Assembly: GCA_027031765.1 (NCBI GenBank)
Contig: JALVPN010000110.1
Coordinates: forward strand, 73,936-105,935
Direction: 5' to 3'
DNA from: Promethearchaeota archaeon
Lineage (GTDB): Archaea; Asgardarchaeota; Thorarchaeia; Thorarchaeales; Thorarchaeaceae
Length of the DNA stretch: 32,000 nt
Shown: positions 1 through 7,448 of the stretch, piece after piece
Numbering within the stretch: the stretch's first letter is position 1
Layout: each line of letters begins with the position of its first letter
Made by a program: the position numbers and the translations under genes
The notes under the pieces: model-generated
Seen by the model: only the letters and a program-made list of their open reading frames with translations
What the model was told of the DNA's origin: nothing
The model's database searches: none

Positions 1-265
1 CCATCCCCACCAGTTCCTCTTCTACCGCCTCTATTAGCCAGTTCCAGCCAACGACCACCAGCACAGGCTCGTACCGGTTGCTCTCCTTGAACAGCCCCTC
101 CTGCTTGGCGACCTCCTCTATTGTGAGGTCGAATATGTTTCCGTCATCCTTGGTCCTGGCCACGTAGTCGACATACACGACACTCCCGTCTTCGACCACG
201 CGTGGCCCACTTGCCGGTGTGTCCTCTGCGGTCTCCTTGGCGGTATCAGGCGTTTCCTCTGACAT
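1..265 (-). CDS. FKBP-type peptidyl-prolyl cis-trans isomerase (archaeal SlyD-like), N-terminal part; runs off the window edge
   Basis: Not in the ORF track. Manual translation from ATG at 265 gives MSEETPDTAKETAEDTPASGPRVVEDGSVVYVDYVARTKDDGNIFDLTIEEVAKQEGLFKESNRYEPVLVVVGWNWLIEAVEEELVGM, matching the archaeal FKBP pattern (V.VDY..R..DG.IFD.T...A...G...Y.P..VVVG..WLI..VEEEL.GM). Confidence 0.85.
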   Translation of the reverse strand, partial: MSEETPDTAKETAEDTPASGPRVVEDGSVVYVDYVARTKDDGNIFDLTIEEVAKQEGLFKESNRYEPVLVVVGWNWLIEAVEEELVGM

Positions 266-311
266 CTCTCATACCTACTGCTACACGCTCTCTGCGACAC
301 GCCCACGGCAC

Positions 312-932
312 TCATAAAACGGTTTCCGTAGCTGCGCCCACATGCCGTCCCCTCAGGATGCTGATCTTCTCGAAAAAGAGGTGCTCTGTAGCGACTACGT
401 CTACCAGTAGCCCCGCCTCCTTCATGGCGCTGATGACTGCCGCCTGACCGCCCAGTGATGACACGACGATGTAGGCCTCGCCGCCGGGGGCAAGGTGCTG
501 TGCACAACGGCGCACGAACCGGACTGCGGTCTCTGGCCCCGTGCTACCACCGACCAGCGCGTGGTCAAGCGTACTCCTCTCCTCATCGTCCGGCAAGTAT
601 GGTGGGTTGAACACGATGACTGAGGCACATATTGGCCGTCGGAAGGCCTCAAGGAGGTCGCACTGCACGAGATGGCAGTGCCTGTCGAGACCGTGCTCTC
701 TGAGGTTGTGACGGGTGTTCCGTATTGCGAGCACCGATATGTCCGTTGCAATTACCTGTCGTGCTATGGTCGCCCCTGCCATTGTGACCAGTCCAGCACC
801 ACACCCGACCTCTACGAACAGATCGCATCTGTCGAGTCCTGCAACAGTGTCTACCAGCAGGAACGTGTCCTCTGCGGGAGGGTACACGCCATCCATGACT
901 GTGTACTCCGTCCTATCACTGGACCATTTCAT
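312..932 (-). CDS. HemK/PrmC-like N5-glutamine methyltransferase (archaeal Mtq2/HemK2 type)
   Basis: VYPPAEDTFLL, EVGCGAG SAM-binding motif and FNPPY motif; sits downstream of ksgA, the usual archaeal position. Confidence 0.9.
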   Translation of the reverse strand: MKWSSDRTEYTVMDGVYPPAEDTFLLVDTVAGLDRCDLFVEVGCGAGLVTMAGATIARQVIATDISVLAIRNTRHNLREHGLDRHCHLVQCDLLEAFRRPICASVIVFNPPYLPDDEERSTLDHALVGGSTGPETAVRFVRRCAQHLAPGGEAYIVVSSLGGQAAVISAMKEAGLLVDVVATEHLFFEKISILRGRHVGAATETVL

Positions 933-938
933 CTGGTG

Positions 939-1799
939 TCAGGGCCCCTCTAGCAGTCCCTCATCTATCATTTTCTGGAGCAGGTCAGCAAGGGCAATCA
1001 GGTCTTCCAGTGCGATACACCGTGGTCTGTCTGTTGGCGCAATCCTGTCACCAATCTCCTGGAGCACAGTGTCCACAAGCGCACTGTCCAGGCCTGCGTT
1101 CTTGAACCATATTGACAGTGCCCGTTTGAAGTGTTTGTTCCGATGGGCATAGACACCACGCACCATCCATGAGAATGTCTTCCTGTCATGTCTGACCTCT
1201 CTGTCCACCGGCATCAGGCGCACAACTGTCGAGTCGACCTTCGGCCTCGGATAGAACGCCTCCGCAGGCACATCGAACAGTCTCTCCACATCTGCAAAGT
1301 ACCTCGTGTTCACTGTGAGGCGGGAGTACTCGCCAGTACACGGCCTGGCCATGAGCCGATGTGCGAACTCGCGCTGGTACATGAGCACCGCCTCCTCGAA
1401 TGAGTAGTTGTTGAGGAGCCTGAACGTAATGTCTGACGATATGCTATATGGCAGGTTCGAGACCACCTTGTCTGCACGCGGGAGCTCCATCGTCAGCGCG
1501 TCCCCATGGATCACCTCCACATTGTCGAGGTCCCGGAGGAGTCCCCTCATCGCTTGCACGAGCCTGCGGTCTATCTCTATGACGAACACCCGTCGGGCCA
1601 CGGCAGCAAGTGCCCGGGAGAGTGTCCCGAGCCCGCCTCCAATCTCAAGCACATCGTCGTCTCTGTCGAGCCGGGCCTCCACGACAGTCCTCCTGACAAC
1701 CTGCGGGTTCACAAGAAATGTCTGCCCCTTCTTCCTGTCCGGCCGTATCGAGTACCGCCTCAGGACCCTCCTGACCATGTCCTCCGATAAGAAGCTCAC
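939..1799 (-). CDS. rsmA: 16S rRNA adenine dimethyltransferase KsgA/RsmA
   Basis: KKGQTFLVN, VLEIGGGLG, IEID, VVSNLPY, MYQREFA, YSRLTV and FYPRPKVDS motifs. Confidence 0.95.
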   Translation of the reverse strand: MSFLSEDMVRRVLRRYSIRPDRKKGQTFLVNPQVVRRTVVEARLDRDDDVLEIGGGLGTLSRALAAVARRVFVIEIDRRLVQAMRGLLRDLDNVEVIHGDALTMELPRADKVVSNLPYSISSDITFRLLNNYSFEEAVLMYQREFAHRLMARPCTGEYSRLTVNTRYFADVERLFDVPAEAFYPRPKVDSTVVRLMPVDREVRHDRKTFSWMVRGVYAHRNKHFKRALSIWFKNAGLDSALVDTVLQEIGDRIAPTDRPRCIALEDLIALADLLQKMIDEGLLEGP

Positions 1800-2395
1800 C
1801 GGCCCTTCTCTCTCTCCTCATTTCGTCGTGGTGGCCTGACAAAGAGCCACCTCTTCACATCCTCTTGCAGCTCCTCGATGATCCGTGCAGTTATCACTTT
1901 CTTCGGGTTCTGTAGCTTTGTCCTCGCAGCAATGTCTGCGAAGCTCTTGAATGGCTCCTTCTTTCTCTCTTCAAGGAGGGCCCACATGAGGGTCTGTCCG
2001 ACACCCGGCAGCAGCTGCAAGGAGTGCATCCTTGTAGTTATCGGCTTGGCCTCGTTGAAGAACTGTACGAACCTGTACTCGTGCTTTGTGACGATTATCT
2101 CGACAACGAGCGGCAGTTCCGCAGCGCTCTCCGGTGCAAGTTCGTCGTAGGTTATCCTCCGCTTCACGTACTCAATCTTGGACTTGGCGTTCTTGAGCAG
2201 TGAGACCCGTTCTTGGGGGTGGAGCTTCGCACCCCGTTTCGGTACGAGTTCTAGGAGGGTGAAGTTGTCCTCGCCAACGGCTTGGGCCACGGTATCTCCC
2301 CGGGGGCGGGTGTCCCTAAGGAACATCTTTGGCTGGATGACCGCCAAGATATATGCATGTGTTTCACTCTTGCGTCCTCCGGGGCGTCCTTCCAT
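1796..2395 (-). CDS. DUF655 family putative RNA-binding protein
   Basis: AQAVGEDNFTLLEL and RFVQFFNEAKPITTRMHSLQLLPGVG...ILEERKKEPFKSFADI; conserved position between rpo4 and ksgA. Confidence 0.9.
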   Translation of the reverse strand: MEGRPGGRKSETHAYILAVIQPKMFLRDTRPRGDTVAQAVGEDNFTLLELVPKRGAKLHPQERVSLLKNAKSKIEYVKRRITYDELAPESAAELPLVVEIIVTKHEYRFVQFFNEAKPITTRMHSLQLLPGVGQTLMWALLEERKKEPFKSFADIAARTKLQNPKKVITARIIEELQEDVKRWLFVRPPRRNEEREKGR

Positions 2396-2437
2396 CTCAT
2401 CACATTCCTAGCCTTGTTGCACCGCATCGTTGCTGAG

Positions 2438-2458
2438 TTTATCTGCTACGGATAAAAA
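2438..2458 (-). promoter_or_regulatory. Putative internal promoter (TATA-like TTTTTATC) for the DUF655-ksgA-hemK part of the operon, overlapped by a TTTATC-N7-GATAAA palindrome
   Basis: AT-rich box about 45 bp upstream of the DUF655 start within a 122-bp spacer; the 6-bp inverted repeat is directly visible at 2438-2443 and 2451-2456. Confidence 0.4.
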
Positions 2459-2517
2459 TAGTTCGGGCCTGAGCACAGACCGGGCACACGATTCCGCGTC
2501 CGCCCCGTTATCTGCTA

Positions 2518-2868
2518 TCAGGACCTGCTCTTCTTCACAATCTCCACGATTTCGGCGAGCTGCTCGTCCGTCAGATTGGTGGTGCGTGCGTCCAGTATTG
2601 TGCGCAGTTCCTCAAGTGTGGTGGGTGCTATGTTCGCCACCTGCACGGCCTGTGCACGCGTGATGCCATATTTCTTGACCAGCCGCTCCACCAGTTTCTT
2701 GGACACGGCCGGGGCCATCTTGGAGAATATCGTTGCGTGCTCAAGGGTGATTAGCTGTTGGAACGACAGCTCACTACCCCTCTCGCGTTCTTCCTTGGCC
2801 CGTTGCGAGAGGATTTTCTTCACCTGGGCGAGCGTGACCTCTTCCTGACCGATAATCTCCTTAGGCAT
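2518..2868 (-). CDS. rpoF: DNA-directed RNA polymerase subunit Rpo4 (RpoF)
   Basis: MPKEIIGQEEVTLAQVKKIL...ELSFQQLITLEHATIFSK...AVQVANIAPTTLEELRTIL; follows rpl21e. Confidence 0.92.
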   Translation of the reverse strand: MPKEIIGQEEVTLAQVKKILSQRAKEERERGSELSFQQLITLEHATIFSKMAPAVSKKLVERLVKKYGITRAQAVQVANIAPTTLEELRTILDARTTNLTDEQLAEIVEIVKKSRS

Positions 2869-2872
2869 CGCT

Positions 2873-3169
2873 TCATCCCCTGCTCGGCCGCAAGTGCTCC
2901 GGTCTCACAATCAGCGTCTTCGTGGCCTTTCCTAGGGCCACGTCCACTATGATGCCCCGTCCGCGTTTCCCTGTGACGACCCCCGTCCTCCCGTGATACC
3001 TGCGGTGTGGCATGCCCTTGTGGAAACTGGGGTCTATTATTATGTCGACCCGCTGACCCACCTCATAGTCAACGAGCAGATGGCCCAGCGGTCTCATACC
3101 ACGCTCTCTGACCCGCTTGCTGAGGAGGGACCGTGTCCTTGCCCTGTACCCATGACTGTTCTTGACCAT
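2873..3169 (-). CDS. rpl21e: 50S ribosomal protein L21e
   Basis: SHGYRARTRSLLSK, GMPHRRYHGRTGVV and VRPEHL signatures. Confidence 0.97.
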   Translation of the reverse strand: MVKNSHGYRARTRSLLSKRVRERGMRPLGHLLVDYEVGQRVDIIIDPSFHKGMPHRRYHGRTGVVTGKRGRGIIVDVALGKATKTLIVRPEHLRPSRG

Positions 3170-3284
3170 CGGGCATCATCCTGCCAGTCCTTTTGCCCCG
3201 GTATGCCATAAACCTTAGACCTACTAGTGCATGCCCGAGGCTCAGCATCACGTCCGGAGTAGTCACTTAAGGGTTATGGTCTGT

Positions 3285-4339
3285 GGTTCTGTTGAATTAT
3301 TGTTGGTAAGATGGAAGAACCAAATATGAGACTATTGAGTTTTCTTGGTCTTGCTCCGGAGAACTACACGGGCGTTACGAACTTCATAAAGATGATATGC
3401 TGGTATATCTTATAGGTGATGGACGATGAATAATAAAGATACAGGGGAGGACTCTGGAATGATAGAGAAAAAGATTGGGCAACAATACGAGGAATGGGCA
3501 AAAAGCTACGACGAAGACAAAATCAAATTGTTCGGAGAGTCTGGGGTGGATTATAATGAGTTTATGAAATCACTCCTATCACTGTGTGAATTGAAGCCCA
3601 ATATGAGTATTCTAGATGTCGGGGCTGGGACAGGACTAACATCTATTGCAATAGCAAAAGCGCTCTCATGCAATTGCAGAATTCTCGCTGTTGAACCCAT
3701 TGATGAAATGATTGAGAGGGCCAGAACAAATGTTCAACAAGAAGGAGTTGAAGACTGCATAGAGTTCAAGAATGGCATAGGGGAATCTCTTCCATGCAAT
3801 GATGAGGAATTCGATCTGGTGACCTGTACATTTGCCATCAGACATATGGACGTTGAGGGAGCACTCTTGGAATTTGAAAGGGTTCTAAGGCCAAGTGGAA
3901 GGATTGTGATTGCAGATATATGTGCACCAGAAAAATGGAGGAGCCTGCCCGGGAAAATAATCACGCCCTTGATGCAGTTTATGATAAGCCGGAAGTATAA
4001 AGGAGAAATGAAATCAAAAGTTCTAACCGTAAACGAATGGAAAACGTTGATTGAGAAACTGGACTTGAGAATTCGTAGTATTGTGGAGTTTCCTGGAAAG
4101 AGAGAGCCAGAATGGGAGATTAAAAGGGTAATAATGTCTATCCAAAAGGGTATTCAATGATGAAACCAAGTTGTGCTGGCAGGCTTGGGCACTCTGCGGT
4201 GCATCGTACCCTTCCCCCTATCGGGGCCACTTGGCAAGCGGATATCTGGCTACGGCTGTCGACTTCGCGCAAATCCTCCGCTGTCGCTCAGGCTCCAGAT
4301 ACCCACCCGACATCATACCGACAATAGGTTGACAGAACT
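3285..4339. mobile_element. Non-autonomous IS6-like cassette (terminal inverted repeats, no transposase) carrying a methyltransferase passenger gene
   Basis: Left end GTTCTGTTGAATTATTGTTGGTAAGATG (3286-3313) versus the reverse complement of the right end GTTCTGTCAACCTATTGTCGGTATGATG (4311-4338): 22/28 identical. The left terminus GGTTCTGTTG matches IS257/IS1216 ends as recalled. Flanks TGGTCTGT (3277-3284) and TGTTCTGC (4340-4347) match 6/8. Interior spot counts are 37-40% GC versus about 65% in a flanking line. Confidence 0.65.
3426..4160 (+). CDS. Class I SAM-dependent methyltransferase (UbiE/COQ5-like, Methyltransf_11/25 type), foreign passenger gene
   Basis: ILDVGAGTG motif I, LAVEP, ESLPCNDEEFDLVTCTFAIRHM and VLRPSGRIVIAD; AGGTGAT ribosome-binding site at 3414-3420; AT-rich; opposite strand to its neighbours. 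Confidence 0.88.
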   Translation: MNNKDTGEDSGMIEKKIGQQYEEWAKSYDEDKIKLFGESGVDYNEFMKSLLSLCELKPNMSILDVGAGTGLTSIAIAKALSCNCRILAVEPIDEMIERARTNVQQEGVEDCIEFKNGIGESLPCNDEEFDLVTCTFAIRHMDVEGALLEFERVLRPSGRIVIADICAPEKWRSLPGKIITPLMQFMISRKYKGEMKSKVLTVNEWKTLIEKLDLRIRSIVEFPGKREPEWEIKRVIMSIQKGIQ

Positions 4340-4346
4340 TGTTCTG

Positions 4347-5705
4347 CTAGTCCCCATATACCGCAGTCACTACGAGTTCTCTGCATGTACACTCAGTACC
4401 CAGCAGCTCGGAGAGCGATGGGCGTGTCCTCCCACCATCACCAGATATCAGCTCCTTGACATACGTCCCACCCTGGACCCTGAAAATGCCCTCCAGAGTC
4501 CTCGGCCCACACCTCTTGAGCTCGACAAGGTACACATGTTTCTCCCGAGTCCTGTCACTGCGTCTGTGCAGCACCCGGTGTGGTGTCTGCTGCTCAACGG
4601 TGACCCCTGAGAGGGCTGATGCAGCCTGTCGGACTGCCACGTCGTCCACATCCTCTGCTGTTTCTATCACTGCACTGTACTCCTTGATGTTTGCAGAGGC
4701 CTCTTCCTTCAGCTTGTGCATGTGATGCCTGTCAGTGAAGCGCAGGTCATGTACCTCCACCTTGCCCTCGGCCTCCCTGTTGATGGTCTCCTGCAGCTCG
4801 GCGAGGTCTACCGACCTGACCCGCGGCTCAGACACCTCAACAACAAACGGCCGCCCAGTCCCCAGCATCAACACATCGATGTCCTCTCTCCCAGCAGCAT
4901 GAAACTTGAAGCGTTTACCCTCGGCCAGTCTCTGCGCCGGCACCCCTATGTACTCTGCAATGGAGTCTGGGTATTTCCGCCCGGTGCCACCACAACTGTC
5001 GCACCCCTTCCCACGACACTCGGGACAGTCCCATCTGCTCTGTGGGATCCCACGCTGGAGCTTCTTGTACCGGCCGTATATGAATATCGGGCTGACCTGC
5101 AGCTTGACATCATGTCCTGCAACATCGTAGACTATCACCATCTGGGGGGACTCGAAGTCCACAGGCCTACTGAGCCGCCGCTGCAGGGCGCGTCCTATCT
5201 CTCGGTTGATTTCCGAGCGTATCGTCTCTCCATGGACAATCCCATGCTGCCCACGAAGCTCGTCCTCCCGCTCTGCAAGGTTGGGCGGTGGGATGCTCCC
5301 GACAAGAAAGCTGTCAAACTCGTAGCCGTCGACTGCCAAGAGGATGTCCTCTACGATGCGGTTGATACTGTCGAATATTGGGACGCCACTGACTGAGCAC
5401 AACCAGCATGTCCTCTCACTGTCGAACGGGATGCCGTACTTCTCTGCAAGGGCCCGTGCTGGCGCAAACATCCCGTTTTCAGCAAGTGTCCTCACCAGTC
5501 CGCGCCCCCACTCGTCCTTTCTCTCCCTTATGGCCGCGTCGGCAAGCATCATGAGGACCATCTTTATTGCATGCCCCCGTTCCCTGTTCGTAGTACCGGT
5601 TCCCAGCCACGCGACCTGTCTGCCCAGGCAGAAGTCGCATAGTGGTCGCTCGTGGAGAATTGCCTCGGCCACACGTAGGAGCTCAAGCCTGTCGCTCTCT
5701 GTCAT
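4347..5705 (-). CDS. pus10: tRNA pseudouridine(54/55) synthase Pus10
   Basis: N-terminal LCDFCLGR and CWLC zinc ligands, GRYKKLQRGIPQSRW, FHAAGREDIDVLMLGTGRPFVVEV (catalytic Asp) and GGTYVKELISGDGGRTRPSLSELLG. Confidence 0.96.
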   Translation of the reverse strand: MTESDRLELLRVAEAILHERPLCDFCLGRQVAWLGTGTTNRERGHAIKMVLMMLADAAIRERKDEWGRGLVRTLAENGMFAPARALAEKYGIPFDSERTCWLCSVSGVPIFDSINRIVEDILLAVDGYEFDSFLVGSIPPPNLAEREDELRGQHGIVHGETIRSEINREIGRALQRRLSRPVDFESPQMVIVYDVAGHDVKLQVSPIFIYGRYKKLQRGIPQSRWDCPECRGKGCDSCGGTGRKYPDSIAEYIGVPAQRLAEGKRFKFHAAGREDIDVLMLGTGRPFVVEVSEPRVRSVDLAELQETINREAEGKVEVHDLRFTDRHHMHKLKEEASANIKEYSAVIETAEDVDDVAVRQAASALSGVTVEQQTPHRVLHRRSDRTREKHVYLVELKRCGPRTLEGIFRVQGGTYVKELISGDGGRTRPSLSELLGTECTCRELVVTAVYGD

Positions 5706-5776
5706 TCTGACGGTCCTCCTTCTCGCACACGCGATGGTGCCCTCATAAACGTGTTTGAGAGGACATGTGATGCGTA

Positions 5777-6997
5777 TCAGAAGAACGGGTGGACATACCT
5801 GATGGCCCGCAGTATGGCGAGGACTGCCTGGGGCCTTGACAACACCCCCCAGATGGCCCTGTGCTGGTGGTCCATGTCGCCCCTCTCAGTCACCACACTC
5901 ACAAGTCCATACCGTGACGCGTCATTCACCAAGGAGTCAAGCCCCCTGTCCGACAGTGCTGCGACGAGTCGTTGTGCCAAGTACATTGTACCAAGCTCGT
6001 TCAGCAGTCTCCCACGCCACTGTTCTTCATAGAGGCGCGCCGCGTCCACACACTCGTCCATGCGGCCCAGGGCATACCGCACTGCCCTACCCGCCATCAG
6101 GGCCGCAAGTCCTCCCATTATCACACCCCCTCCCGTCGTCGCTTTCACCTGCCCCGCTGCATCGCCTACTACCATCAGCCCCGGCATGTGTGTCCTGGAA
6201 ATGGGTGGGCCCACAATGACCGTCCCGCCGAGTCTCCTGTGGACTACGCCGTCCTCAAGCCTCTTTCGCATGACCGGATGGTGGCGTACTGCAGCCCTCA
6301 GTCGTAGTGGCGCCCGGTTCCGGGCAGCCAGTCCAACCCGCACACGCCCCTCTCCAATAGGAATGATCCACGCAAAGAAACCCGGCGCGTACTTGCGACT
6401 GTAGAACATCTCTACAGTGTCTTCCTCGACCTGTACGCCACTCATCTCGTACTGGTACGCCGGGAAACGGTTTCGTTGCGCCACACGGGGCAGACCTGCA
6501 GCCTTGGAGATGACCCCTCTCACGCCCTCTGCGTCAATGACATACTCTGCGTGGTGCTCCTCTACTGTGTCACCGGTGCGTACTCTGACACCAGTCGTCC
6601 TGTCCCCTTCCTTCAGCAGGGCTGTGACCTTCGTCCCGGTGCAGACGGTGACCCCCATTTCCTCTGCACGAGTTGCCAGCCACCGGTCAAACTTGCGCCT
6701 GTCGACCACCAGTGCCTCCTCCCGTCCCCGACGCAGCACGACCGTGTGCCCGGATGGGGAGATGATCCGTGCACCGCTCACCCTGTTCTGGACGACCTCT
6801 GGTGGTGGTGATAGTCCGAGGCTCCGGAGTCCAGTGACGCTGAGGAGTCCTGCACAGTGGTCTGGCTCTCCCACCCTCATGTGCTCTTCGAACACGACCA
6901 CCCCGGCCCCGTCTGAAGCAGACTCTCTGGCTGCGAGCAGTCCTGCTGGGCCACCCCCTATGACAACTACGTCGTGCCTCAGTGGCGTCATCGGCAA
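5777..6997 (-). CDS. NAD(P)/FAD-dependent oxidoreductase, geranylgeranyl reductase family
   Basis: DVVVIGGGPAG, FEEH..VGEPDHCAG, IDAEG, FFAWIIP and VVGDAAGQVKATTGGG motifs. Confidence 0.85.
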   Translation of the reverse strand: MPMTPLRHDVVVIGGGPAGLLAARESASDGAGVVVFEEHMRVGEPDHCAGLLSVTGLRSLGLSPPPEVVQNRVSGARIISPSGHTVVLRRGREEALVVDRRKFDRWLATRAEEMGVTVCTGTKVTALLKEGDRTTGVRVRTGDTVEEHHAEYVIDAEGVRGVISKAAGLPRVAQRNRFPAYQYEMSGVQVEEDTVEMFYSRKYAPGFFAWIIPIGEGRVRVGLAARNRAPLRLRAAVRHHPVMRKRLEDGVVHRRLGGTVIVGPPISRTHMPGLMVVGDAAGQVKATTGGGVIMGGLAALMAGRAVRYALGRMDECVDAARLYEEQWRGRLLNELGTMYLAQRLVAALSDRGLDSLVNDASRYGLVSVVTERGDMDHQHRAIWGVLSRPQAVLAILRAIRYVHPFF

Positions 6998-7069
6998 CCT
7001 TTTGGTATGGTACCCTTTTTATCTCTGGTCTATGTGACGCACTAGAGTCCTTGGGGGTGTCCCCCTCAC

Positions 7070-7438
7070 ATGGTCGTGACCCGGTTCAGGTACAAACAGG
7101 TGATTGCCGTGCGCACTGACCTGAAGATGAGTAAAGGCAAGCTTGCAGTACAGGTCGCACATGGCGCTGTCACTGCGTCAGAGCGCGCACGCCTCATGGA
7201 CCGTAGGACATGGCGGGCCTGGTTCACTGAGGGCCAGAAGAAAGTGGTTGTCCGTGTCGCCTCTGAGGCGGAGCTGCTCCACCTCCAACGCCTTGCAGTT
7301 GAAAATGGCCTACCCCAGGCGCTGATCCGTGATGCAGGGATGACGGAACTCCCTCCGGGGACTGCCACCGTGATATGCGTCGGCCCGGGCCCATCCGAAG
7401 ATGTTGACAGGGTCACAGGTACACTGAAGCTCCTGTGA
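7070..7438 (+). CDS. pth2: Peptidyl-tRNA hydrolase Pth2
   Basis: KQVIAVRTDLKMSKGKLAVQVAHGAV, GQKKVVV, IRDAGMTELPPGTATV and GPGP..DVDRVTGTLKLL. Confidence 0.97.
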   Translation: MVVTRFRYKQVIAVRTDLKMSKGKLAVQVAHGAVTASERARLMDRRTWRAWFTEGQKKVVVRVASEAELLHLQRLAVENGLPQALIRDAGMTELPPGTATVICVGPGPSEDVDRVTGTLKLL

Positions 7439-7448
7439 GGGGTATGTC

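Noticed and set aside
4161-4610. Transposase remnant, or the 145-aa ORF 4173-4610, inside or over the cassette end
   Set aside because: No DDE or HTH pattern in any frame; the ORF mostly runs antisense to pus10 and has a non-protein-like composition.
5737-5760. Imperfect palindrome CTCATAAAC-GT-GTTTGAG at the pus10 promoter
   Set aside because: Short and bulged, and largely explained by the TATA box itself; not distinguishable from chance.
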